This document shows, piece by piece, positions 20,501-29,838 of a stretch of 64,000 nucleotides of DNA. The notes beneath the pieces are model-generated. The model ran no database searches. It was not told the origin of the DNA and saw only the letters and a program-made list of their open reading frames with translations. The stretch's first letter is position 1, and each line of letters begins with the position of its first letter. Both the position numbers and the translations under genes were made by a program. The DNA comes from an uncultured Phycisphaerales bacterium (GTDB taxonomy: Bacteria > Planctomycetota > Phycisphaerae > Sedimentisphaerales > Anaerobacaceae), in assembly GCA_963772725.1 (NCBI GenBank), contig CAVYYI010000001.1:288001-352000 (forward strand), in the 5' to 3' direction.

Positions 20501-22975
20501 ATGATAAAAGAGATTCAATTTTGGCGAAAGACAGTTTTGTTTCTATTGGTTTGTGTTGTCGTTCAGTTTGTGCGGGGGGCCGAGATTCCCAATAAAAACA
20601 AGCTTTGGTTTCTTCATCCGGCCAATGACTGGTACGAGGCAATGCCTCTTGGTAATGGAAGAATAGGCGCTATGGTCTATGGCGGTATTTTTCAAGAGCG
20701 AATATGCTTAAATGAGTTGAGTATATGGTCACATTCTATTGAAAAGAAATATGTAGGTGATGACTATAAAGCGTTAAGAAAGAATATTAAGGAGCTTGTT
20801 TATGCAGGTAAATACTACGATGCAGCCTTGCTCGATAGAGAAGTTCCGGAGTATGATAACCCGATGTTTCAAAAAGACGCAAAAGGCGCAAAACTCATAA
20901 ATGGCGTTACCGCCTCTCCGCATGCCCACGAGGTGCTCGGTAATCTTTATTTGCATTTGCCAAATATGGGATTTGTCGAAACAGATTATCGACGCGAACT
21001 CGATATAAGCAGAGCGGTACACACTATCACTTATAACATCAACGGCGTAAATTTTACTCGGGAATATTTCTGCAGCAATCCCGACAACGTTCTGGTAATG
21101 AAACTGAGCGCAGATAAGCCCGGCAGTATCAGTTTTTCGCTGACGATGGATAGGCCGATGACCGTTACAGAAAACCAGCAAGCCTGGTTCAAAACAAACT
21201 GGACTGTTCCGAATACTTATCCTGCCGCTTTCAAAACCATTTCTGATACGGAAGCAATTTTCGATGGTCAGGGCAGCGATAACGGCGTCAAATTCTGGTC
21301 TGCCGTTAAAATTATCAATAAAGGCGGAACTGCTAAGGCAAATAACGATAGGCTGACTGTAAATAATGCCGATATTGTTACAATATTTTTTGCCGCTGCC
21401 ACTAATTTCAAAAACTCCGACCCACAGGGAACGATAAAGAAACAAATTAGTAAGGCCGCATCTAAATCTTATGATAAACTGCTCAGCGACCACATTGCCG
21501 ATTATCAGCGGTTTTTTAGAAGAATGGATATCGACCTCGGTGTAAGGTCAAATGAAAATCTGCTGCCAACGGATGTTCGTCTGAGGGCATATCAGTTGAA
21601 AGTTTTAGACCCCAGGATGGCGCCTGGTGCGTTTGACCCGGGTTTGCAGGCCTTGTATTTCCAATATGCGCGTTATCTTTTTATATCGAGTTTTCACCCC
21701 GGCAATTTACCGCCTCGCAATTTCTGGAACGGAAGCCTCTATCCTGCATGGAATGGCAGAAACACGATAAACATTAACCAGCAGATGAACTTCTGGGGAG
21801 TCGAAATCGCGAATATCTCTGAATGCCATCAGTCCCAGTTAGACCAGCTTGTGGAGTTTATCCCTGCCGGACGGGAAATGGCAAAAAAAGTGTTCGACTG
21901 TAATGGAATTGTCTTTCCAGGGAGAGGTTTTACAATTTACGGCCCTGCATTTATTTATGACGACTGGATAGACGCTGCCGGCTGGTTTGCCCAGGATATG
22001 TGGCAACACTATCTCTATTCCTGCGACAAAAAGTTCCTTAGAGAGACCGCCTATCCTTATATGAAAGAATGCGCACAATTTTATCTCGATTATCTCATGC
22101 CATACCCCGGCGAGAAATTTTTAATTGCTGGGCCTTCCGCTTCACCTGAAAATTCATTTCTTGACCCTGCCACGAAAAAGCGGGCAAGTTTGGATGTGGC
22201 TGTTACCATAAGCAGGGCAATTATTCACGAATTGTTTATCAATACAATCGAAGCTGCGAAAATCCTTGACACCGATAAAGACCTTGTTGAAAGATTGGAA
22301 GAGACCATACCAAAGCTATGGCCTTATAAAATCAACAAATATGGGCAGCTCCATGAATGGTTCCATGATTTTGAAGAGGTGGAAATCGGTCATCGCCATT
22401 TTTCTCATCTTTACCCTGTATATCCAGGTTCTGAATTTACCATGGAGAAAACTCCGGAACTTGCCAAAGCAGCCAAGGTTTCGCTGCTGAGAAGATTAGA
22501 TAATACTGGGGGCAGTACCGGCTGGAGCAGAGCATGGAGTCTGTGCCTTGCTGCGAGATTCCAGGATCCGGACCTTGCTTATAAACAACTGGATGTCTTC
22601 ATAGAGGACCATTTATTGCCTAATATGATTTCCTCTCATCAGGTGTATGACGCCAAGGTATTTGCATACGGTCTGGACGGTAATGGCGGCTCATTGGCGG
22701 GAATGTGCGAGATGTTTCTGCAAAGCCATAAAGGATATATTGAACTTCTCGCCTGTTTTCCTGAGCAGCAATGGCCAAAAGGATTTATTAAGGGCCTGCG
22801 GGCGCGAGGCGGTTTTGAGGTGGATATATATTGGGAGAAAGGCAAATTGACAAAAACCGTTATAAAATCGCTTAATGGTAATACCTGTAAAATCCGCTAC
22901 GGCCAAAAACAGCTTGATTTTGAAACAACCGCAGGGAAGACTTATAGTTTTGATGGTAATCTGAAACTACAATAA
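20501..22975 (+). CDS. GH95 family, paralog F (divergent)
   Basis: Motifs AMPLGNGRIGAM, FQYARYLFISS, NIN, SPEN, HRHFSHL and GLDGNGG. Start ATG 20501 chosen by homology with the N-terminus of paralog C; the ORF track starts at 20477. Confidence 0.92.
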   Translation: MIKEIQFWRKTVLFLLVCVVVQFVRGAEIPNKNKLWFLHPANDWYEAMPLGNGRIGAMVYGGIFQERICLNELSIWSHSIEKKYVGDDYKALRKNIKELVYAGKYYDAALLDREVPEYDNPMFQKDAKGAKLINGVTASPHAHEVLGNLYLHLPNMGFVETDYRRELDISRAVHTITYNINGVNFTREYFCSNPDNVLVMKLSADKPGSISFSLTMDRPMTVTENQQAWFKTNWTVPNTYPAAFKTISDTEAIFDGQGSDNGVKFWSAVKIINKGGTAKANNDRLTVNNADIVTIFFAAATNFKNSDPQGTIKKQISKAASKSYDKLLSDHIADYQRFFRRMDIDLGVRSNENLLPTDVRLRAYQLKVLDPRMAPGAFDPGLQALYFQYARYLFISSFHPGNLPPRNFWNGSLYPAWNGRNTININQQMNFWGVEIANISECHQSQLDQLVEFIPAGREMAKKVFDCNGIVFPGRGFTIYGPAFIYDDWIDAAGWFAQDMWQHYLYSCDKKFLRETAYPYMKECAQFYLDYLMPYPGEKFLIAGPSASPENSFLDPATKKRASLDVAVTISRAIIHELFINTIEAAKILDTDKDLVERLEETIPKLWPYKINKYGQLHEWFHDFEEVEIGHRHFSHLYPVYPGSEFTMEKTPELAKAAKVSLLRRLDNTGGSTGWSRAWSLCLAARFQDPDLAYKQLDVFIEDHLLPNMISSHQVYDAKVFAYGLDGNGGSLAGMCEMFLQSHKGYIELLACFPEQQWPKGFIKGLRARGGFEVDIYWEKGKLTKTVIKSLNGNTCKIRYGQKQLDFETTAGKTYSFDGNLKLQ

Positions 22976-23014
22976 GATACTTGTATAATCGCCCTTGTGA
23001 AGGGAAAAAATATT

Positions 23015-25399
23015 ATGTTGTCAAAACATTTCAAGGTTTGTTTATCGGCATTAAGGTATGTGGTTCTGTTATCCTTGATGGTTATGGCGGGTGTGGCTCA
23101 AGGTAGCGAGATGGTATTGTGGTTTCAGCAACCTGCGGAACAATGGGAAGAGACGCTTCCGGTTGGTAACGGAAGGTTAGGGGCAATGGTTTTTGGTGGA
23201 ATTGAACAGGAGCATATTCAATTGAATGAAGACACTGTGTGGTCTGGCAGCCCCGTCAATATTGACAAGGTCGGAGCATATAAATATCTGGGTGAAGTAC
23301 GTCGATTACTTTTCGAAGGCAAATACCTTGAATCGCAGGAAATTGTTGAAGCTCAATTTATGAGCCAGAAAATCACTCACAGCTATCAGACGTTAGGTGA
23401 TATCGGCCTGCGTTTTAAGATTGGAGCAGATATTAGTGATTACAGACGGGAGCTGAACCTTGACAGTGCGCTCGCACGTGTGATTTATCGTGATGGCGAC
23501 GCCACATTTATGCGAGAGGTTTTTTCCAGTGCGCCGCATCAAGTGTTGGTCGTCAGGCTGACTTGCGACAAGACAAAGCGGATTTCATTTGAGTTAGATA
23601 TGAGCCGTCCTGAATTTGCTAATGTTGTACCTGTCAGCTCTAATCGGCTTGTCATGAAAGGTCAGGTAGACCATGGCAAAAAGAATGAAGGTGTGAGATT
23701 TGAAGCTCATTTGCAGGTTATTGCAGAAGGCGGCGATGTAAAGCCAAAAGGGACAGGCCTTCTCATTAAAGATGCAAATGCAGTAACGTTATTATTGGCC
23801 GCAGCGACAAATTACTATGGTGGCGACCCGGCGGTGATTTGCACGAAACAATTGGCTGCTGCGGCAAAAATTTCATATCAAACTCTTCGAGAAGCCCATA
23901 TGGCTGATTACCAACGGTTCTTCCGCCGTGTAGACCTTAATCTTGGTCATAGCGAGGCTGTGAATCGGCCTACAGACCAACGTTTCATTGCAGTAAAACA
24001 AGGCAAGGATGATCCGCAGCTAATTGCGCAATTCTTTCAACTCGGACGGTATTTACTCATCAGTTCATCACGGCCTGGCTGTATGCCAACTAATCAGCAG
24101 GGTATTTGGAACTATCAGATTGAACCGCCTTACTTTTGTGGTTATACCTTGAATGGAACCGGTCAGATGCAATATTGGCCGGCGGAGGTATGTAATTTAT
24201 CTGAATGTCATGAGCCATGGTTTGACCTAATCGACAATCTCCGTCGTTCCGGTCGTAAAACCGCTCGCCAGGTGTATGGCTGTCGCGGCTTCGTTGCTTC
24301 ACATAGAACCAATGTCTGGTGGTTTACAAGCCCAATGCTCGGTCATGATATATGGCCTACAAGTGCAGCGTGGCTCTGTCGACATTTATGGGAACACTAT
24401 CTATTTACGGGCGATCGCAAATTTCTGGAATATCGTGCATTTCCTGTGATGAAAGAGGCAGCCGAGTTCCACCTTGACTGGCTTGTCGAAAATCCCAAAA
24501 CCGGTAAACTGGTCAGTGGTCCATCCTACTCTCCGGAAAATACCTTCCTTCTGCCAGACGGGAACAAAGGTCATATTGTTATGGGTCCAACAGTAGACCA
24601 GGAGATTATCTGGGAACTGTTCACTAATTGCCTCGAAGCGGCAAAAGTGTTGGGTATTGAGGATGATTTTGCCAAAGAAGTTAGATCGGCTCGCGATCGC
24701 CTTGCCGGGCCGCAGATTGGTTCTGATGGGCGATTAATGGAATGGCCGGAGGATTTTAAAGAATCTGATCCCGGACACCGTCGCTGTGCACACTTGTATG
24801 CTTTATATCCCGGCTATCAAATTACTCCTGAAGGTACTCCGCAGCTATCAGCGGCGGCGCGTAAAACGCTGGAATATCGCCTTGCTCATAGCCGAACCAC
24901 GAAGGAAGTGACCTCACAACTTGGCAACACGGGCAGGGGACTTTCCTGGGCCGTTAATTGGTGGGCCAGACTGGGTGAAGGAGATAATGCCTATACAAGC
25001 TTAAATGAACTGTTGCGTACATCCGCCTTTAAAAATCTTTTGATAAATCATCCTCATAATCCTCCAGTGTTCCAGATTGGCGGGAATTTAGCTGGCTCAG
25101 CCGGCATTGCTGAAATGCTTTTGCAGTCGCACAGCACTGACCAAAGTGCCGCACCTGGGCCTCTGCATTTGCTTCCTGCTTTGCCAAAAGCCTGGCCTGT
25201 GGGGTATGTTAAAGGCTTGCGCGCACGCGGTGGATTTGAGGTTGATATTTACTGGGAAAAGGGTAAACTAATAAAGGCTGTTATTAAATCGTTTAATGGT
25301 AATACGTGTAAAATCCGCTATGGCCAGAAACAGCTTGATTTTGAAACAACCGCAGGGAAATCTTACAGTATTGATGACAATCTGAAACTGTTAAATTAA
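23015..25399 (+). CDS. GH95 family, paralog G (NxN to NGT and QIDGN to QIGGN)
   Basis: Full GH95 motif set. ATG 23015 (MLSKHF) is homologous to the start of paralog B (MPSKHF); the ORF track starts at 22997. Confidence 0.92.
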   Translation: MLSKHFKVCLSALRYVVLLSLMVMAGVAQGSEMVLWFQQPAEQWEETLPVGNGRLGAMVFGGIEQEHIQLNEDTVWSGSPVNIDKVGAYKYLGEVRRLLFEGKYLESQEIVEAQFMSQKITHSYQTLGDIGLRFKIGADISDYRRELNLDSALARVIYRDGDATFMREVFSSAPHQVLVVRLTCDKTKRISFELDMSRPEFANVVPVSSNRLVMKGQVDHGKKNEGVRFEAHLQVIAEGGDVKPKGTGLLIKDANAVTLLLAAATNYYGGDPAVICTKQLAAAAKISYQTLREAHMADYQRFFRRVDLNLGHSEAVNRPTDQRFIAVKQGKDDPQLIAQFFQLGRYLLISSSRPGCMPTNQQGIWNYQIEPPYFCGYTLNGTGQMQYWPAEVCNLSECHEPWFDLIDNLRRSGRKTARQVYGCRGFVASHRTNVWWFTSPMLGHDIWPTSAAWLCRHLWEHYLFTGDRKFLEYRAFPVMKEAAEFHLDWLVENPKTGKLVSGPSYSPENTFLLPDGNKGHIVMGPTVDQEIIWELFTNCLEAAKVLGIEDDFAKEVRSARDRLAGPQIGSDGRLMEWPEDFKESDPGHRRCAHLYALYPGYQITPEGTPQLSAAARKTLEYRLAHSRTTKEVTSQLGNTGRGLSWAVNWWARLGEGDNAYTSLNELLRTSAFKNLLINHPHNPPVFQIGGNLAGSAGIAEMLLQSHSTDQSAAPGPLHLLPALPKAWPVGYVKGLRARGGFEVDIYWEKGKLIKAVIKSFNGNTCKIRYGQKQLDFETTAGKSYSIDDNLKLLN

Positions 25400-25451
25400 A
25401 AATTGTCGGACAAATTGTTTATATTTTATGAAGTTAAAATTATGTTTTTAA

Positions 25452-27509
25452 GTGTTTAAAAGGAAATCCAGAGTGAGGTCCACACAACATTCTTTTCGTC
25501 ACCGATTCATCCGATTCACAATGCCCTTGGTCATGATTGCTGCCGCTCAGGGACATGCGGCGATTCACACCATGGAGACGCCGTGCAATCCCATCACCGG
25601 CGATGTGGAATCTCAACGCATTGCCTCGTCCGTTGTGACGGCATGGATTCGCACGGAACCAGGCACGTTTCGAATGGGGGCAACTCCCGCCCCCGACGTG
25701 ATGAAGGCCGGCTTTCGAGCCTACACGGGAGCTAACTGGGATGAGGCGCCCGTCCATACGGTGCGCATCACGCAGCCCTTCCGAATCGCCCAATCCGCCG
25801 TGACGATGGAGGAGTTCTCCCGGTTTAGCCCAGACTACCGGGCCCGGGTGGAGGCCCGAGGGGGCCAGTGGCAACCAAACGCTCCCGCGGTGCTGGTGAG
25901 TTGGGAGGACGCAACGGCCTACTGCGACTGGCTGAGCAAGAAGGAAGGTCGTCCCTTCCGGCTTCCTACCGAGGCGGAATGGGAGTTTGCCGCCACCAAA
26001 CTCAACGCGCAGGTGGAGGAATGGTGTCTGGACTGGTGGGCACCATATCAAGCGGGACCGGAGACAGACCCGCTGGGCCCCGAAGACGGCATGGTGCGGG
26101 TGATCCGGGGCCGCAGCGCAAAGACTCGCAATGGGATGGACCTCGTCGAAGTGGGGGGCGTGGTAAAGCGTGTTCCTCGGAAAATCCCGGCACGGCTCAC
26201 CGATCGTTCAGGCAGTCTTCCCGAGGATCGTCGGTTTGAGATTGGATTCCGTCTCGTGGAGGCGGCTTTGCCTCAGGGGCAGCATCGGGCGAAGGAACCG
26301 TCGGCGCAGGTTTACCGGAACGTCTCGCAGAAGCGTGTTGCCTGGAAACCGCAGGAAAACCCGGACAAGCCGATTCTGGAAGGAGGGGTCGAGTTCATCC
26401 AAAAACCGGCGGATTATGCTTCACTTCCCTACTGGAGTCGTCACCACGGTCCCTCGTTGTCTTGGTGCGACAATGGCGACCTGCTCGCTGCAGTCTTTAC
26501 GGGTCCGGATGATGGCAGCGATCAGTTCGCCATCCTGCTGACCCGGCTTCGCTGCGGCACGACGCAGTGGGATCCGCCAGCCCGCCACTGGATTGCGCCG
26601 GACAGAAACGTAGCTTGTCCTTATCTCTTCCATACTCCAAGCGGTGATATCGACTTCTTTGCCACATTGTCTTCGTCCAAAGGCCCACAGCATGCGCTGG
26701 TGCGGCAGATCAGTAAAGACCACGGCACAACCTGGAGTGCGCCAAAGATCGTTCACGAATGGCCTACGAAACCCGCCTCTTTGAAGACTTGGGAGGGTGA
26801 ACCGCGGCTCTGGGCTCATCTGCCGATTGTCACCCTGTCTGATGGAACTTGGATCATGCCGTCCGATGTGAGCGGCGGCCACTACTGCGGCACCGTGCTT
26901 TTCGAGAGCAACGACAACGGCGAGACTTGGCGGGAACGGACGCGGTTTGGGTGGAACGCAGAAGGGTTTGCGAAAAAGGGCGGACAATCCGGCTGGATTG
27001 CAGGGATTCACGCACCGTTTGTCGTCAGTGCAGATGGCAGCTTCCTTGCCTTTGGCAGGACCAACGACATTGAAGGGCACGCTCCGATGAGTGTTTCCTC
27101 TGACGGAGGCCGCACGTGGAATCACCAGGCCAGTCCGTTTCCTCCAATCGGCTCAGCCCAGCGTCCGGTCCTGATGCGCCTGAGCGAAGGGCCGCTGCTT
27201 TTCATCAGTTTCACCGGTCTCGGAAAGGAGATTACCGCAAAGAAAGCGGGCATTTCTATGATGGACGTGAACGGGAAAGTCACCGATGGCTACGGTACGT
27301 TTGCAGCGCTGTCCTTTGATGAGGGGAAGACGTGGAAGCACCACAAGCTCATCCCGATGGACCCGACGAAGAACCCCTGGGACTCCCAAGCTTCCGGCTA
27401 CCTTGCCTGCGTGCAAAGCCCCGATGGGATGATCCATCTGGTCAGTAGCAGTCGTTACTTCCGCTTCAACCTCGCATGGCTCAAAACGCCAATGCCTGCT
27501 GTTAAATAA
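25452..27509 (+). CDS. FGE-sulfatase (SUMF1/EgtB/PvdO-like) domain fused to a BNR/Asp-box sialidase-like beta-propeller
   Basis: N-terminal GTFRMG..DEAPVHTV..VSWEDATAYCDWLS..RLPTEAEWEFAA..EWCLDW..IGFRL. Asp boxes SKDHGTTW, SNDNGETW, SSDGGRTW and SFDEGKTW. Start codon uncertain (possibly ATG 25521). Confidence 0.85.
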   Translation: MFKRKSRVRSTQHSFRHRFIRFTMPLVMIAAAQGHAAIHTMETPCNPITGDVESQRIASSVVTAWIRTEPGTFRMGATPAPDVMKAGFRAYTGANWDEAPVHTVRITQPFRIAQSAVTMEEFSRFSPDYRARVEARGGQWQPNAPAVLVSWEDATAYCDWLSKKEGRPFRLPTEAEWEFAATKLNAQVEEWCLDWWAPYQAGPETDPLGPEDGMVRVIRGRSAKTRNGMDLVEVGGVVKRVPRKIPARLTDRSGSLPEDRRFEIGFRLVEAALPQGQHRAKEPSAQVYRNVSQKRVAWKPQENPDKPILEGGVEFIQKPADYASLPYWSRHHGPSLSWCDNGDLLAAVFTGPDDGSDQFAILLTRLRCGTTQWDPPARHWIAPDRNVACPYLFHTPSGDIDFFATLSSSKGPQHALVRQISKDHGTTWSAPKIVHEWPTKPASLKTWEGEPRLWAHLPIVTLSDGTWIMPSDVSGGHYCGTVLFESNDNGETWRERTRFGWNAEGFAKKGGQSGWIAGIHAPFVVSADGSFLAFGRTNDIEGHAPMSVSSDGGRTWNHQASPFPPIGSAQRPVLMRLSEGPLLFISFTGLGKEITAKKAGISMMDVNGKVTDGYGTFAALSFDEGKTWKHHKLIPMDPTKNPWDSQASGYLACVQSPDGMIHLVSSSRYFRFNLAWLKTPMPAVK

Positions 27510-27543
27510 AACTATTTATTTTTTTATGAAAGGATTTTAAACA

Positions 27544-29796
27544 ATGAAATACTCAAAGAAGTGGCTATTGGTAACATCCTGTATTATTACGATTATCAGC
27601 GCTAATGTTTCTTTCGCAAAAGACCAGGTCAAAGATAATTCAACAGCGACTGTTATCAAAACCCAGGGACTTATCGTTAATATAGAAAAAAATGGCTTTC
27701 GTTTTTCCTTTGCCAGTCCGGATGGCAAACAAATAGCAGGGCCGCATGAACAAAGTGGTATCGAGTTAGGCCCAATAGACAATTTACAGCCTGTACAAAC
27801 AACAAAATATATCAGCTCTAAAAATGGTATTCATCGTTTTGAAGTTGCGACTGCGAAAAATATCAAAGCTGACATACAGATTAGTTTGTCGCCCAATCAC
27901 GCTCATTTTTCTGTAAAGCCGCATGTCAGTGAACCGATTGCTGTCGTTGCCAGGGTGGCTGGCGCATCTCCGGGCTATGGTCTTGCCGACCATATCCCTC
28001 AGTGGGTCTTCCCTGAAGGAACCCGTTCAACGGCTATAAAAGGACGCGGAACTGAAATAACCGGTTACAGTAATGACAATTTTTATGCTACCGGAGCGGC
28101 ATTCTCAAGACTGGTCAGCAATTTTGCAATTTATCCAAAAAGTGGCTTTGCTGTTGTAAATTTTGACCCATGGCCAAAAATTGTCCGCAGTACAAAAGAT
28201 GAGATTGCACAGGGCAGCAGAAACACCCGCGAAATGAACCAACTCCACTTTTTCTTCGGGAATCCACACCAGATTTATGCGGCCTATCTGAAAGTACGCA
28301 ACGAAAGCGGGTATCCAGTTATGTTCCCGAAATATGAATTCTTCGGAGTCGGCTGGGAGGCTTTCGGCACTCTGGCATGGAGAACAAGCCAAAAAACCGT
28401 TACGGAAGATGTCGATAAATATCTCGAACTTGGCTATCCGCTTCGATGGATGGTTGTAGGCTCAGGCTTCTGGGAAACCGGCCTCAAAACTGGAAGACTC
28501 GGTGCCACCACAAGTTTTGGTATGTGGGATAAAAAACTCTATCCTGATCCAAATGGACTGATTGAACATTTCCACGCAAAGGGTCTGAAATTTTTCCTCG
28601 GCCTCCGAATAGGTTTCATTGTTGATGGGCCTTTTACACCGGAAGGCGCAAAAAAAGGTTATTTTCTAAAAGACAAAAACGGTGACCTTAGAATATTCAG
28701 GGTCGGATATCCCAAAGAGCCTATATATCTGCTCGATGCACAAAATAAAGATGCCGTAAAATGGTATGTTGACCTCTGTAAAAAATGGAAAGTTGACGGC
28801 TTCAAGGAAGATCTTTACGGTTACGGCAAATATGTCCTGCGCGACGATAAGCTCAACCCCGTAAATGAAGCTCTCATGAAAGAAGGATTTTATATAATGG
28901 GGCGCAACGGGTACATCGGCTCCGCATGTGACATCCATCGCCTTGATGATTTTAATTACGACCAGGACCAGGATAGAGGGCCTATTAACGGTTTTGCCTT
29001 TGCATACAGCGGACTGCCGCTTGTTTATCCTGATATTATCGGAGGCTGTTTCGGCGACAGAGATTTCGATAAAGAAATATCAAGTCGCATAAAGACCTAT
29101 CTTATGCGAAACGCGCAATGGGCATCGCTGCATCCGTCACTATCTATGGGTAAAGGGCCATGGAATTATAAGGATGCGCAAGTGGAAAAAGTAATACTTG
29201 ATGCCGCTAAACTTCATGACCGTCTTCATCCGTATATTTACAGCCAGGCTGTGCGTTTCTTCCACGATGGTTATCCCTGGACAATGTGTCCGCTGCCTAT
29301 CGCCTTCAGCGAAGACCCCAATGTTGACAGCCGCGAAAACAATGGAATAAGAGGCTACCAGTGGATGCTCGGCGATGCTTTGATGGCCGCACCGCTTTAT
29401 GGAAATGATTACGACACTGCCACAACGCGCAATATTTATCTGCCGGCTGGCAACTGGATAGAGTACGATAGCGGAGTAATGCATAGCGGCCCAAAAATGC
29501 TTGAAAATTATCCGCTGCCGGTAGGTAAAACGCCTTTGTTTGTCGGCGGAACTGGAATCGTTATCGAAAAGCAAGACGACGAATTAGTATGCCGGATTTA
29601 TCCTGTAGCTAAGCAGGTTGAAACTGTTTTCTGGGGCAAAGACGCGCAGACCAAGAGTCGGATAAAAATCGGTAACCCTGACTGGAAACAGCCTGGAGTT
29701 GCAGATACAACTACCGGCAAAACCGTTTCAGGCAGTTGGGTACGTTATGCTTATCAGTTTGTATTCGAGGTCGGTCACAATTATGAAGTGAAGTAG
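27544..29796 (+). CDS. Glycoside hydrolase family 31 protein (divergent)
   Basis: Signal peptide; WDKKLYPDP; VDGFKED (nucleophile region); YPDIIGG; YQWMLGDALMAAP; IYLPAGNW. Confidence 0.82.
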   Translation: MKYSKKWLLVTSCIITIISANVSFAKDQVKDNSTATVIKTQGLIVNIEKNGFRFSFASPDGKQIAGPHEQSGIELGPIDNLQPVQTTKYISSKNGIHRFEVATAKNIKADIQISLSPNHAHFSVKPHVSEPIAVVARVAGASPGYGLADHIPQWVFPEGTRSTAIKGRGTEITGYSNDNFYATGAAFSRLVSNFAIYPKSGFAVVNFDPWPKIVRSTKDEIAQGSRNTREMNQLHFFFGNPHQIYAAYLKVRNESGYPVMFPKYEFFGVGWEAFGTLAWRTSQKTVTEDVDKYLELGYPLRWMVVGSGFWETGLKTGRLGATTSFGMWDKKLYPDPNGLIEHFHAKGLKFFLGLRIGFIVDGPFTPEGAKKGYFLKDKNGDLRIFRVGYPKEPIYLLDAQNKDAVKWYVDLCKKWKVDGFKEDLYGYGKYVLRDDKLNPVNEALMKEGFYIMGRNGYIGSACDIHRLDDFNYDQDQDRGPINGFAFAYSGLPLVYPDIIGGCFGDRDFDKEISSRIKTYLMRNAQWASLHPSLSMGKGPWNYKDAQVEKVILDAAKLHDRLHPYIYSQAVRFFHDGYPWTMCPLPIAFSEDPNVDSRENNGIRGYQWMLGDALMAAPLYGNDYDTATTRNIYLPAGNWIEYDSGVMHSGPKMLENYPLPVGKTPLFVGGTGIVIEKQDDELVCRIYPVAKQVETVFWGKDAQTKSRIKIGNPDWKQPGVADTTTGKTVSGSWVRYAYQFVFEVGHNYEVK

Positions 29797-29838
29797 CTTA
29801 ATGTTATAAAATGTTATAAAGAAAGGAAAGCAGTCAAA

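Noticed and set aside
25452..26280. Diversity-generating retroelement target (FGE/C-type lectin fold)
   Set aside because: No reverse transcriptase and no template repeat differing only at adenines was seen; the domain is N-terminal.
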